A stretch of 63,762 nt of DNA, filler included, from Pelomyxa schiedti (GCA_020536535.1; 14 parts of 14 records of this genome joined end to end with filler, not necessarily neighbours in it); one strand, 5' to 3'. Positions 23,322 to 37,878 are shown, counted from the whole stretch's first letter. The notes: generated from the sequence alone by a model not told the origin. Translations and numbers: made by a program.

Positions 23322-24334
23322 TCAGATGTGTTTTTCCGCATCCCCTGCACCACTCTTTGTAGCATGAACCGTGCAGCTCAACTATCATATGGGGAGGAAG
23401 ACCACTGCGAAGATGCAGACCTTTCTATGTAAGTAAAAGGGTGATTCATTGCATTTACCATCCATATTTGTAGTGATGATGAAGTGCAGCAGATTTCTAC
23501 GAGCAAGTTCAGTGACCGCGTAGTGTGCAAGTGTTGGTCTTGCTCTAGATACATTTTTTCCTTTAACATGCTCCCCTTTGTCTTTGAGGGTCCACATGCC
23601 CTACAATTGAGTTTAGTGGGTGCCACATAAATCTGCGGCCTACTTGGGGGCCTCGGAAGTCAGGAATACCTCCTGATGTGCTTATTCCAGCACCAGTGAA
23701 ACACACATTATGGCTCCCTCTCTTTAAAATTTCCGCCACCTCTCTTACCTTTGTAAATTTAGTTTTCCTTTCTTATCCAGAAAAATACTTTTTGCTGAAG
23801 AACTAGTACAGAATCTTCGTATTCCACTCTTTCAGCGTCATATGCTGCCTGGAGTTCGGCTTTACTAAGTAGAAAAGGAGTGGCCCTCAAAGTGAAAAGA
23901 CTCTATTTAGTGCAGCATTAGGGAAAGGCAAAGTGCAGGTCAGACTCACTCTCAGAATTGCTTCGGTAGTCGGTAAGCCCTTTGGTAACTTGTGGGCGTC
24001 ATCTTCAGGGAGGCATGCCTGAGTAACCCTGTTCAGTTGCTCAAGGATTACTTCACCTTCGCTTGTAACCTTTACAATTCCGTCATCTATGCATTTCTTA
24101 GAGAAAAAAGAAAAAAAGGGAGGGATTGACCATCGGCAGTAGCAAGTAAGACATTGTGGATGTAATTGATAGGAAAAAGAGATGTGCACCACTGTTTTGC
24201 TGTTATACTTGGAGGAACTTCCAGTGTATTCAACACTTTATACTGAAAAAGGGAATGAGTCAAATGAGATGATTCTCTTGCTGTTAATTACCCTGAGAGT
24301 ATAGGACAGTAAAGTGTTCGACATCTCAGCACGT
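23322..24334 (-). CDS. Class IV (SIRT6/7-like) NAD-dependent sirtuin, partial, multi-exon
   Basis: [53 protein letters not shown]. Confidence 0.92.
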
Positions 24335-24644
24335 NNNNNNNNNNNNNNNNNNNNNNNNNNNNNNNNNNNNNNNNNNNNTTAATTAATTAANNNNNNNNNN
24401 NNNNNNNNNNNNNNNNNNNNNNNNNNNNNNNNNNAATACAACTAAAAACAAAAGAATAAGTAAATAAAATAAAAAAAAAAACAAAATAAATAAATATAAT
24501 TAAACTAAAATTAAAATACGGTATAAAATTAATTAAATGTATTTAATTTTATTTAGATAAAATATAACCATATATTTATAATATATAACCATATATTTAT
24601 ATAAGATCACCAAATAAATATACCGTTGGCAGAAGCCGCCCTGC

Positions 24645-24698
24645 ACCACACGGCCCACGGCCCACGGCCCACGCCCCACGCCCCACGCCCCACGCCCA
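24645..24698. repeat. 7-bp microsatellite (CCACGSC)n next to an AT-rich ~21-bp tandem duplication
   Basis: ccacggc x3 then ccacgcc x4; ATATAACCATATATTTATA twice at ~24562-24601. Confidence 0.85.
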
Positions 24699-25094
24699 GC
24701 ACTCTGCACCCCGGTAGTGCCGCCGGCACACCACCTCGTGGACGGAGACCCATACGTCATCCACAGCCCCGACGCACCAGCACAACCCCACCCCACAGCC
24801 GAGATACCAGTCGGCTGCACGGCATGTCCACCTTACGTTGTCCTGCACAACGGTGGCTAACCGGCACTACGATTTCTCTCGGAGTTTTTTTCTGAAAACT
24901 GATGACCGATGGGTCTGAGAGCCTTGTCATGGGCACCGACGGCTGGAAAATGGGGGGAAACACTTTTTTAACCTTTTCAACACTCTGTGGGACCTCTGGT
25001 TGGAGTTTTTGACTGCAGGATACAAAGTGTCAAATGACCGCCCCGGGGCGGTCATTTTACACAGGAAATGCATAGGTGACCGCCCTAAATTACA

Positions 25095-27260
25095 TCATGT
25101 GGTTTTTCCTCTATGTAAAATGACCGCCCCTGGGCTCCAGATATGAGTTGTTGGAATGGGTTTTGTGGTTGTGCTGGGGGTAGTGATCGTGCGTGGCATT
25201 GTCATTGGCATTGCCGGGATGGCACTGTGCCTCGCGCTCCACCTTGTTCTGATTCTATCACCACTGCGCGTCGCGATGCTTGTTGTCATTGCCATCGTTG
25301 GAGGTGGCATTCGGCCAAATGCCGTTTGATGTGCCTCCTCTTCGTCAGAGTCGCAATAGTCTTCGTCACTGGAATTGTCATCTGAATATCCCGAATCACT
25401 CTCATCATCATCACCATCACCAGAACCACCGTTGCAATCCTCGTCATTGTCATCATCAGCATCAGAATCACAATCATAAGGTGAGCCCCTTCTGCTTTGC
25501 TTGTTGTTGGGTGCACGTGCAGGGTTACTTGCACCGGTGTGGTGCTGTGGATGCCCGCTTTTGGTGCGGTACACACGTGCATTTTTCTGGGCGCACACCA
25601 GAGCAGAATGGAGACGGAGTGGTGCTGAAGGAGGAGGAAGAGGAGTGCCACTCAGCGGGCACAGGCGCAACAGGTGACTGTCATTCCACCTCCACATTCC
25701 ACTCTCGGTGGCCCACATCTTGGTTGTATGATGTTCCTCGACATAGCGCCGGAAGTTGTCCAGTGCCTCCTGCAGGTGTGCCTTCTCTCGAGCGGCGGAG
25801 TCTTTCCAGTTAACTATCCCCTTCCACGACATGAATCTGTGATTGGGCTGTATGAACGGTCTGAGGGCATTACAGCGCCTCTCGCTGAACAGTGTAAGGC
25901 AGCTATCCCATATCACCAGTGCAACCGCAGGGAAATGGGAGGTGATACTCCTGTAGAGGTCCCCAACCGCCACCGCCGTCTTGGGGGTTTCATTAGCGAA
26001 TTGCGGGCACGCGTAGGGCATCCCATCCCAGTCGGCAGGGGCATTTGCATCACGGGTCTTGGGGATTACCCATTTCCTCTCCTTCCTTGTATTGGCCTCG
26101 CACCTGAAGAGCTTCAGGCCGTGCACCACGACTATTAGTACGTCAATGGCCTCGGGTGAGATTCCTTTGCTTCGGCAAAGATTTGTCAAGTTTTCCCTGA
26201 GGCAAAAAAGTAAATAAAACGGAAGGAAAGAACGGGAACAGGAAGAAGAGGCTTACAAATCTTTCTGGCTTGATGGAGTGATTGATTGAACTTCCACATT
26301 TGATTGAGATTTGAAAAAGAATTTTAAAGTTGGTCCCCACTTGTTTTCTTTCATCAGTTCGATGGTCAGGATGTGGAACACTTCTGTCATTCGTCAATAT
26401 TATATTAATAAGTCAGAAGGAGAGAATACTGTTTGTTTGACAAAAAACCAAAAAAAAAAAACACAAGATGAGGGGAGAAGACCTTGGCAGGGAGTATGAG
26501 GCATCGTGCATATGGGATCCCAGCATTGGTGGGCTGTATTTTTACGCTTGATGATCTCCTCAGGTTGTTCATTGCCATTGTATTTCGCCGGATGTTCCAT
26601 CATCAGTTCATTTCTAATTTGGATGTTCTTTTGCTTCCTTATCATCAGTCTCTTGGACTGGGAGCACAGCTGATCCCACGCCTGCCCGTTATTCGCAGAG
26701 AACATCCCATCCGGGCCATGCTGTTTCAAGAACCCTTTCGCGGCGAGGGCGTCGAGGATGCCGCGCGCTCCTCTGCGCCCGAGGCCGCTCCCCCCGAATC
26801 CCTGGAACAACTTGGTGCGCAGCGCCCTCTCCCACAAGTTGGCGGCGTTGAGGGCTCTGCTCTCCTCGCCCCTCTGCAGCACCGCCACAACTGCCTGCAC
26901 CGCCACGAACCACGCCACCGGGATGGCCTCAGACACGTTCTCCTCGAGGACGATGCCCACATCCGGCGCCGGAGGGTCCTCGCCCCAGTACTCGCCTTCG
27001 CCGTCGCCGTCACCGCCGCCGCCGCCGTCGCCGCGCGAGCCGCGCTTTGCTGGGAGGACGACGCGGGGCATCGTGAGTGCGAACGGGAGCGGAAGCGGGG
27101 TGGACCAGGCGTCCCCGTCGCTGCCGCCCAGCGGTGGTGAGGACGACGCGGGGTCCCATGCAGATGCCCACGACGTCGTCGCCTCTTCGCCGTCGCCACA
27201 ACCTCCAGTGCCACTGTTGCCGCTACTACTCCTACAACTGTGTGGGCTGCTGCTGCTCAT
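25095..27260 (-). CDS. Hypothetical protein(s): 286-aa and 364-aa ORFs, possibly exons of one gene, acidic tract
   Basis: Long GC-rich ORFs on the same strand separated by AT-rich intron-like DNA. Confidence 0.55.
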
Positions 27261-28784
27261 AGCTCGCCCAACTTAGCCAGTCCGCTTTTGAAAAAACAAG
27301 TTGGGAGACTGGAACTCAAAGCCAGTCATTGGTGTCGTTTCATTTCTCTGGCACTGATCGTACGTGTCCCATTCTTCCCAACGACCTCCTGGCGTGCCGA
27401 ATCGGCACGGCACAGGCGCCGACCGCACCGAGGCCGCTGGCCTACGGACCTACGTCGTAGGTAGTCGTCGCCCGTCGGCACGTCCGATCAGACAGTATTC
27501 ACCGTCTCCGCGGTCATGCGGCTGTCCTGCCCTGTCTTGTCCTGTCCTTCAGTGGAAAATACCAGTCTATGTGTGACAGAGACTTCTTATCGTTATGGAG
27601 TTCATGCATGAGGTGTGGGAGCATAGGGGGTGTCAACATAAAAATGTGTGATGTGATATCATCATGGGAAGAATGAATGAATGTCAGTAAGTCAGTGAGA
27701 TGCAATAACCTCGCCGCATTAAACTCCTGGCCAGTTGGTTGGTCGGATTCACATGATCGGATTTTCCTCTTGCCAAACATATTTCAACAAACAAAAAAGA
27801 GAGTCTATTAATTGACACTCCCTATGATTCATTGTACAAAGTATTTATACATTCAGCTCTTCTTTTTCTTACTACTACAAGTTGTAAGGTTTTGGGGATG
27901 AATCATCATGCATTGAATGAATCAACGAAATGCTTGCCCCTATTCGGGGGTTGCAAAGCCTGAAGTCCTGCAAGGTCCTTTTCTTTGATCCTACCATTTT
28001 TTTCGACCGATTAGACTTTGGAACTACTACAATTTCCAAGCTGGACCAACCTGACTTGTGCGGAACCATTTTTCCCTGAGGGAAACTGCTTTCCGTTCTG
28101 TTCCCGTTAAGTCTATTTTACACGGATTGTGTTTGGGGTTCCCCCAGTAAATTGGGTATGCTTTATCTCCTTTCTTTTTGCCAAAGCTCTTACTGGCTTT
28201 CAAGGCCTGAACTTGTCGGTTCTACAAATTGTAAGCTCTCTCTGGGGCTTCAGAACTGGCGTGACTCCGATAATCTGTCATTTAGGAAATTTTGGCTGAA
28301 ACAAGCAACCCCAATAACCTTCCCTCTATCTTCTGGCAGTCCAAGGTAAGTTCCCCCTTCAAGGCTCTACATCGAGAGAGATGATATTCAGAGGGAACTT
28401 GATGCCGCAACACGAGATTATGCGACGATCACCTCAGTGTTTGCCAGGAAGAGTTTTGCAGGTCTGACATCCACGGAGGTGGCCACGCTCGTAATTCCCG
28501 AGATGGATCTNNNNNNNNNNNNNNNNNNNNNNNNNNNNNNNNNNNNNNNNNNNNTTAATTAATTAANNNNNNNNNNNNNNNNNNNNNNNNNNNNNNNNNN
28601 NNNNNNNNNNCAAATACCTGCCAAGAAGGACTGATCCAACTCACGGCAACACTCCATCCCATTCACCACCCCCACCCAGCTTGTACTACCATAAACCCAA
28701 ACGCACGAACCCGACTCCTCCAAAGAATGAAACAAACTTTTTTTTCCCATCATCTCCATCTCATCGTATCCTTTCGTAATAAAA

Positions 28785-29368
28785 ATGGCCACGACACCCA
28801 GCGAGGCGACACCGACGGCACCCGCCGACGCCGCCACTACGACGACGCCGCCGCCATCAGCCACCACCGCCGCAGCACCACCGCCGTCGGACAAACCAGC
28901 CACAACGGAAACACCCGCAGAGCCTCAACCACAACCACGACAAACAGCGGCGTCGGGGACGTCGACTCAAGAGAGCGCGGCGAGTACGCCGTCAGCTGCG
29001 GCAACGGCGCAGCCCACAACAACCACCGCAACAGCAACCGCGTCATCATCCTCGACCACACCATACTCATCCCCATCGCCCTCGTCGACGGCAGCAGCGC
29101 AAGAGGCTGACGATGCAAATGTCCACAGAATAGACGCCAAGTACATCGTATGGGACAGTGCCAAATACTAGTACACATTCGGGACACGCTCTCTTCAATA
29201 ACTAACTACGGCCTGCGGCCTAAATAATAAATGCAGTTTATAGAAACACCGAATTGAATATAACGTGAAAAACCCACATAGGAGGATGTTGGAGCATATA
29301 TTGAGGCTGCTGGGGGAGCGGAGCAGGCTATAAGAACTTTACAGTCTTCATACGAGACACTCAAATCA
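28785..29368 (+). repeat. Allelic/assembly duplicate of the prefoldin 3 5-prime half (28611-29368 vs 29469-30215)
   Basis: Near-identical across a 100-N gap, a few SNPs and short indels. Confidence 0.9.
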
Positions 29369-29645
29369 NNNNNNNNNNNNNNNNNNNNNNNNNNNNNNNN
29401 NNNNNNNNNNNNNNNNNNNNNNNNNNNNNNNNNNNNNNNNNNNNNNNNNNNNNNNNNNNNNNNNNNNNCAAATACCTGCCAAGAAGGACTGATCCAACTC
29501 ACGGCAACACTCCATCCCATTCACCACCCCCACCCAGCTTGTACTACCATAAACCCAAACGCACGAACCCGACTCCTCCAAAGAATGAAGCAAACAACTT
29601 TTTTTTCCCATCATCTCCATCTCATCGTATCCTTTCGTAATAAAA

Positions 29646-30871
29646 ATGGCCACGACACCCAGCGAGGCGACACCGACGGCACCCGCCGACGCCGCCACTA
29701 CGACGACGACGCCGCCATCAGCCACCACCGCCGCAGCACCACCGCCGTCGGACAAACCAGCCACAACGGAAACACCCGCAGAGCCTCAACCACAACCACA
29801 ACAAACAGCGGCGTCGGGGACGGCGACTCAAGAGAGCGCAGCGAGTACGCCGTCAGCTGCGGCAACGGCGCAGCCCACAACAACCACCGCAACAGCAACC
29901 GCGTCATCATCCTCGACCACACCATACTCATCCCCATCGCCCTCTACGGCAGCGCAAGAGGCTGACGATGCAAATGTCCACAGAATAGACGCCAAGTACA
30001 TCGTATGGGACAGTGCCAAATACTAGTACACATTCGGGACACACTCTCTTCAATAACTAACTACGGCCTGATAATAAATGCAGTTGATAGAAATACCGAA
30101 TTGAATATAACGTGAAAAACCCACATAGGAGGATGTTGGAGCATATATTGAGGCTGCTGGGGGAGCGGAGCAGGCTATAAGAACTTTACAGTCTTCATAC
30201 GAGACACTCAAATCACTGGAAGCATCCCACACGCACAGGTAATGGTTATGAGGTTTGATGCCTACATTTATTTGTGTTAAGGAGGGCGTCTTTGATGGAA
30301 AAAATACCACACATCGAGGATACTCTGAAGGCAATCGAATTTCTGCAGGAACAGCGTCAAATTATTCAGCAGAAAAAGCCCAAAGGTACGGCTAGTGCCA
30401 AGGCGGTGTCAGGTGTTGAGGTTACATATGAACTCTCCTCCAATGTGAGCGCTCACGCTACGGTTGTTAATCCCACTGTCTGCAACTTGTGGCTTGGGGT
30501 ATGCATACATAAATAAATAATAAAATGCCATATTGTGCCTATACCAAATAAATATAATGTTGACATTATCCAAAAAGGCTAACGTGATGATGGAGTACTC
30601 CCTTGAAGAAGCCCACGCACTTCTCTCAAATAACAGAGAGCAAGCCAAAGCTCTTGTTGAGGGAATCGACGCGGATCTTGCAGTCATCAAGGACAGCATA
30701 GTAACAACCGAGGTGAACATGGCCAGGGTCTACAACTGGGATGTCAAGCACAGGCCCAAACCCACCCCCGCAACATCGTCACCAGCCGCACCCTCCTCGA
30801 TCAAACCAACAACAACAACGTCCACAGAGGCCCTTCCTGGGATCTCATACTCTAATGACTCCCACTCTTGA
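29646..30871 (+). CDS. PFDN3: Prefoldin subunit 3 (VBP1/Gim2) with T/P/A-rich N-terminal extension
   Basis: SLMEKIPHIEDTL, YELSSNVSAHA, NLWLG|ANVMMEYSLEEA, IVTTEVNMARVYNWDVK. Confidence 0.95.
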
Positions 30872-31065
30872 GACCTTTTTTTTTCTTTTTTGAAATCTTT
30901 TGAGCTGGAGTGCCTTGGCAGCTCCAAGCCGTTTGACACATTAAGATGCCAAAGTGTTGATTATCATTATGTCACCCCAAAAGAAGGCCGCAGGCAACTC
31001 AGAGTGGTAGAAAAAAAGATCTTTGAAGCCTTATAATTTGGCACAATTTAATTAAGTAGTTGGAG

Positions 31066-34000
31066 ATGCCGCTGGTGACACCACGGACCGGAAGTAGCAA
31101 CAAGGCACTGTGGAGTGTGGTGAAGAAGGACAACGTGTTTTCTGTGTTACACCATAAAACCCGTGAGTTGGTTGCAATGACAGCTGCCATTTGCTTTCCA
31201 TTTCATTGACTGAGCTCCAGCGAGCATTTGGCCTTCGTTTCCGTACAGAGTGACACTCAGTTATACCGGATACATTTTGGCCGAAGCAAAGACAGAAGAC
31301 GAAATATTGTATGACTATGCTCAGCTGAAAACACAGTTAGACCACGTTTGTTCCTCTATTACCGCTTCCTCCCATGTAACTCTGCGGCAGTCAAGGTTGA
31401 ATCTATCTGGTCAATCAGAGGCGTCAGCTGCATCACTCATTTTTAAATTTTTTGAAGCACCACTCTCTCAAACGTATACCCACCCTGTACTCAATCCAAG
31501 CTTAATGAATGCCAGGAAACACGCGACTTCAGTTTCCATAGAACCAGAGCCTATTGTTACCTCCAATCCTGCTCTCTCAGGAAGCGAAATATTTTCATTC
31601 CTCGATACAAGTACCGCGTACACTAGTCCTCCCGAGAAGGAGGCGGGTATTTTTGACAACTCGGATGTAATAAATTTATATTTTGATTAAAACTTAACTA
31701 AGGACTCCAATCAGGTTTTATTTCCAGCATATCAACCAACCGCTCTATCCCATTCTCCACCAAACTCCGCACCGTCCTCCCGCCCATCCACGCCACCCTC
31801 AGGATCGAACTCTCCAGCATCCAGGCCATCTACACCACCAAAATCCTCGTCTGAATCACCACCCTTACTGTCGAGTGAACCCCTTGCACCATCTTTCCGA
31901 CTCACAGCAGATTCTATCAACGACTCAATAGTGCCAGTTTCCGCACAACTTGAACCTGGCAACGAGGTAGTGTGCAAAACATTAAGTTCTTCCTGACATG
32001 TCAAGGTAATTCTGGAAGGATGGCTTTCTAAGAAACGCACACAAAATGTAGTTGGCAAGTTGACCAAAAATAAGCCTCAATGGAGAGATTACTATTTTGT
32101 TTTGTACCTTCATGCTATATTCTACTACAGTGACGAGCTGGAGGTAATTACCCAGCAGTTACCCAATCTATTCTCAAGTTCACAATAGTCCTCGTTTCCC
32201 CTCAACATTGAGGGCCAAGATAAGTGTCTCGTTGTGGTCAGCTCTCTCCGGGTACCTGCAACCGTTGGCTCCTTTATTGGGTTCGTCTCATTCATTCCTT
32301 CTTTCCCCTTAGCTTTCTCCTATTTAGTTACGAGTTTATATTGGAAAACAGCAAAGGCCAACAACATTTTGCGACGACGACGCTAACAGACCTGAATTCC
32401 TGGTTTGGTGGGCTTGTATTCCTTTGGCCTGATTTAACACTCTAAATCAGATTTTTTCCATTCGTGTTCCAATCTGCCATACTTCAGTGTCAATAGGATG
32501 AAGGTTTGTCTTGTCTTCCTTACTCGACACTAAATTTACCTAGAAATCCGGCTGGTTGTACACTAATATGAACAATAAGTGGCATAAAATGTGGATCCAA
32601 ACCGAGAATGGTCTCGTTTCAATCCACAAGAGACAAGAAAAGGTTCAACCACAAGAAAAGCACTTTTCAACTCAACGCGCAAAGGGATTCTTCCCGTTGA
32701 CAGGCTGCTCTATTGAAACTCACGGATTGGAGATAACAGCAACATCCAGTGGTATCCACCTCTTAGCTTAGCTTACCTTAAACTGTTCAGGAAATGTGTT
32801 GACACTCAAGCCTGCCACAAATAACTGGAGTGCCTGGCTTTCAGCCCTTCGCAAGGCCGTGACCACCCAAACTTCCAGTATTACCTCCGATTCTTCGTCA
32901 ATTGAGTTGCAACGCGACGGTACTCTATTCGTTTACTTTGTGACTGTGCTGAGCTGTCTCTTCTAGCATACGAATTGCGGATGATCATTCAGGAGGCAAT
33001 TCTAGTAGACCAACTGGAGGGGAAATCGCGACCCCCTTCTACCAGCAAACCGCGGTCGCCATTATTTAAAATACTGTCAATTGATGGAGGTGGTCTAAGA
33101 GGAATAATGTCAAGGTAAGAACGAGTTCCCTCTATAACCACTAACGGTCTTTCTTCAGTATCATACTGCAAAGAATTATGAAAGTTTTTCCAGATTTTTT
33201 GGATCAGTGCGTCTCCTTTTGTCACATTCACAAGAACTGAGTAGAAAAGGTTCGATATGATTACTGGTTGTTCGAATGGCGCAATTATTGCTGCCTCTCT
33301 ATCATTTGGTCACACTCCTGGATTTTGTAGGTCTTTTCTTCTGAATGGTTTACGACTGTACTGAATCCCATAAGATCGGTTCTAGAATCCACAGGAAGGA
33401 TTATTTTCCGGAAAGATGGCTCTCTATCTTCTATCAATGGCGCAAGGCATACCAATACGAACCTCAAGGTTTCCGTTGTATGCATTGGTAACTATATTAA
33501 AATTACCCCTAGATGCTATGTGACACAATCTGGGGTAACAAGAAACTAAAAGATGCCACTAAAATGGTGTGCAAGTAACAGTTCTTTAATTTTTCCCCTG
33601 ATTTAGTCGCCAGGTTGTAATACCTGCATTTTTGCTTGATAACCAAAATCCAGACCCCAAGCACAGGTTTCTTCTGCACTTGCTTGATGCGCTTAACCCT
33701 GGTCTCAGAACGTCCGAGATTAGATATTTTGATAACTTTACTGGAACAGCAGAATCTGGTGCAAATGATCTAGTTTCTGATATCGTACCACTCCCTTTTA
33801 AGCAACGAAATCAAAATCTTAAACTCTCTTAGATTATGAGGACTACAGCGGCGCCAACATATTTCCCGGCCTGGCAAAACTATGTCGACGGAGGTATTTC
33901 CTGTATTCAAGACCCTATGATTAATCCAGCCAACAGGAATGTTTGCACAAGACCCAAGTACCGGCGCACTCACGCTCGCTATGAGCCACCGCAACGGGGG

Positions 34001-34413
34001 CCTAGGCAAGTGTGTAGACGACATCGCTTTATTCAGTATCGGCACCGGTCTTGTGAAGCGTTACTACGAGGACCAACAGCACGACTGGGGTTACGTTCAA
34101 TGGATACCGAAGCTTCTAAATGTCCTTTGGGATGGTGTGTGTCCAATTCCTTGGTGCGGACTCTGATTCGTTTCCTAGGCATGGTATTAAAGAGCATCAA
34201 CACATGCTCATCACTCCTAGGTGACCGATACTGGAGGGTAATTTACAAGTAAGACCCTACAACATGCCCTAACGACAGAGCCAGGTAGACACAGAACTAG
34301 AGAATGACATCGCCATGGACGATCCAGCACAAGTCCCCACACTTGTACCACCAGCAGAAAACCTCGATCTCACAACCACCCTCAACTGGATTTCCAAAAC
34401 CATGTACCCATAA
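31066..34413 (+). CDS. Patatin-like phospholipase with upstream PH domain and P/S-rich linker (start approximate)
   Basis: ILSIDGGGLRG (~33070), GCSNG nucleophile elbow (~33265), TTAAPTYFP..YVDGG, FSIGTG, WGYVQW; PH-like NKWHKMWIQTENG..WLSALRKA. Confidence 0.9.
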
Positions 34414-34650
34414 CCAACCACGACGTATCACATCGCACTACGCGTTTGCCTACCTGTAAGCCTGCTCGGAGAATTGACAATGTGTTTTATTTTTGAACTC
34501 ATTCTTGAGGCACCCACGCACTCGCCCAGATTATCAGTTCGTCCTGGGTGATGTCGGAATGTGTGCGGTGAATCAGCTTCGGGGCGTTGGTTGCGGGTGG
34601 ACAGGAAATGAAACGCTTTTATTACGAAAAGAAAGATGGCTGGGACTGAC

Positions 34651-36898
34651 TCATTCTTGGGGCACCCACACACTCGACCACAGTGTGGAATCGGGCATGG
34701 TAATGTCGGCTTTCGTGATCCCAAGTGCCTCCATCGAAACATGCTGGTGCAGTGGCGATGCACCAGCGAGTTCCCTGAGGTGTCTGATGGCAAACGAACC
34801 GTCGATTTCAGGGAACACCCTCAGCATCATCTTCCAGGTACCCACGTCGGCTCTGCCTGTGAGATACCCATAAGTGTCCCCCATGGTGCCAATCTGTGAT
34901 GCGAGTTGGTGGTTGTTTGGTTGTTTTGGGTATCTGACCCACAAATACCTCTTCCAAAGTGACATGGAATTCCTGGATCAGCCACTCTGCACACTTTTTT
35001 TTGCTGTTGGCCATCAACACACCCAGCAAGTGGTTGTTGCTCATTTTCACCTGGCTTTCGTTGACGTGGAAATGTTGAATCAACCACTTGGCAGCTTTTC
35101 CAGAGTGGATAATTACACAATGTGATAAAGCTTCAGCAACACCCGCCGCATCCAATTGTTTTCCATGTGGGACGGGCTGCTTGACTTGTGCTTCTGTTCC
35201 CGATGCCAAAGCCTTTTGAATGACATAAGGCGTAACCGATACATCAAATGTGCCCAGCAGAAACAAAGCAACTTGGATTTGGCTCTCCTCAACAGCATCA
35301 ATGAGAGCTTCTTCACGTAGGTTGGAGACTGTGCATTTGGAAAGGAACCATTTCACACCAGAAAGGCCACAACGTTTGCTGCCACATAGCCGTTTGAACG
35401 TTCCTTCTGTGATTATAGGAGTCGCATTCACCTCTGCCATCACATGGAGGGTTGTTTCCAGCCAGTCAGCAACTGCAGTGTTGCTTCTGGAAAGAGCTTT
35501 GAGGAGGCACATCCTCCTGTGGCGTGGTGTGAGTGAACCTGTTTTTGGGAACAGGCACTTCACCATTTCCACACTATCTCTCTTGTTTCCACACACCCTG
35601 GCGAAAGTTCCAGGTGTTGGCTGGAGTTCCAAAATACTGGGAAAGAATTTGACCAACCACTGGATGAGCTCTTCATCTGCAATCTTGGAGAACACAATGC
35701 GCAGGATTTCTTGGGATGGTTCAACGGAATAGTTCTGGAGAATCCACTTTAACCCCTGCACACTTGTGGCACAATAGAGCTCAGGGGCTGTACATAAAGA
35801 AACCGAGAACTTTTCCTTGAGCCACTGGCATCCTTCCTCAAAGTTACTTCCAGAGAAATAAATAAACCTCTGGAGTATATCGCGATCATTAATGTATCCA
35901 GGAGTGCAGCCACCAACATCACCAGTGTCTCCATCAACACCACAGAACAACTCAGCGCAAAACTTCACAACATCCAGACTGACACTGGCAATGAGGTCGA
36001 CCCATTGGCATCCACTCGATTGGTGCACAGCCATTTTTTTGCATGCTTTGAAGGCACGAGTTGATGACGCCAACCACTTCACAACATCAAGGTGTCCCCA
36101 CCTCACTGCAGCAAAGAAAGGCATTGGAAGCTCCCAAGGCTTAGTTCCCACACCCTCAAACGTTGACATCACCCACTTGACAACATCCAGGTTCCCTCCT
36201 TTGCACGCGTCATACAACACACTGCACGGAATTTCTTTGCTGTGGCTAATCTCCTTCAGGTCTTCGATCAAGTCAGGGTCACCAACTGGCCACCACAGAG
36301 ACCCAGTCCATGGATTGTATTCACCACTTGCAACAAGCTCCTTTGCCATCCCAAGGTGTCCACCTTTTTCACAAGAAATTAATCAAACTGTTTAAATCAC
36401 TCCACTACAAATTAAATTAAACCAGAAAAAGAAGGTTGCACTAGATAGCAAAAACATACCAGCACACAATCCCCTGAGAACAACAACGCACTCCCTCCTG
36501 TTGTTCCTCGTCGATTTGCCACCCACAATCCACGAAATGCACTTTGGGATCCCCGCTTCCCCCGCGCACTTGAGGGCAAAGTACCGCGACGCGTGGTGCA
36601 TCCCATAATGAGATCCGTACAGCGCGTTGAATGCCACTTGCGAGCCCATGATGGCGCGGCAGGCCCTCGGGACCAGCGGGAACAGAGCCTCAGCGACGCC
36701 GAGGACGGAGCAACACTGGGCGACGGTGAGGGGCACGCCGCGATCATGGGACGGCGCCACGAATTCGGGCAGCACCACGTGTTCCCACACAACACGCGAC
36801 ACCACCATGATCCACTCCACATCATCTCCTTGTCTTGGTTGTCGTTGGCCCTCGGATCTCCTGCTGCGACTTCGTGGGTGAGTCACACTAGTGTCCAT
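34651..36898 (-). CDS. Ankyrin-like family paralog 3 (introns 36364-36459 and 34894-34948)
   Basis: MVVSRVVWEHVV, AEALFPLVPRAC, YFALKCA, GLCAG|GH, ACKGGNLDVVKW, WELPMPF, SGKAAKWLIQHF, TWKMMLRVFPEI. Confidence 0.88.
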
Positions 36899-37489
36899 TT
36901 TCTCCCAGTTCAACGAAATCACACTCTCCTATCGATTTGAAACAAACACCGCCATACCTGGGCTAAGTGCCAAGGGGAGGAGAACATAATCCTTGTGCCG
37001 CCTGTGCCGAGGGAGGCGATCGTAGCGTTCGCCCCGCACCAGTTCTTGTCGTCACCCTCCGCTGCTGTCGTCATCCATCGGCCGCGGCGCCTCCGCCACC
37101 TGTTGTTTCCTTGAATTTGGGTGTGCATGAGCATCATAAAAATGCCATTGCTCAGTCCACTTCAGCAGCCAGAAACACCCACACAGAAAAAAAGGAAGAA
37201 ACAACAACACTCTCAAACAAGCCCACTGCCCTCCCAAACAACCTACCAAACCAGATACAGAGCCCGCCGAGAAAAGGGATCCNNNNNNNNNNNNNNNNNN
37301 NNNNNNNNNNNNNNNNNNNNNNNNNNTTAATTAATTAANNNNNNNNNNNNNNNNNNNNNNNNNNNNNNNNNNNNNNNNNNNNAAGAGAGTCTGCCTACAG
37401 GTTTGTTCTTTCCGCATATCTTATTTTATTTTAATTATTTTGTAGAGTACAACCGTGACAGCCTCTCTGTTACTGGACCACCAGCTAGC

Positions 37490-37538
37490 AACCACACAAC
37501 CACGCGACCACGCGACCACGCGACCACACGACCACACA
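37490..37538. repeat. 8-bp microsatellite (ACCACRCR)n
   Basis: accacaca accacgcg accacgcg accacgcg accacacg accacac. Confidence 0.8.
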
Positions 37539-37878
37539 GGTGTAAAGGGAAAAAAAAATAAATTATGTATCTTCCAATTTGTAGGCAACAATGGGGAAAA
37601 TCCCCATTTTGTGCCCGATTTGAGAATGCTCCGCTTAAATTGGGAAATTTTTGGAGTTAGGGTGCAACGGTGTAGTAGTAGCTCATTCTTCGAATTTGAT
37701 GATCGATCGGATTATCGTCGCTCAGGATCGGCGGTCTGGTGTTTTTTTTTTTCAGCCACTGTAGGATCTGGTGAACTGATGGAGATCAGACCCTTTGTTG
37801 TAGAGTACTCTTTCTGGTAGCTAACTAGGTTTTGGACTCGTCTTAATTTCAAAAACATCAATCATTATTTTCGTCGTA

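Noticed and set aside
28611-30215. Tandem duplication of prefoldin 3
   Set aside because: Overlap across a 100-N gap; most likely two alleles
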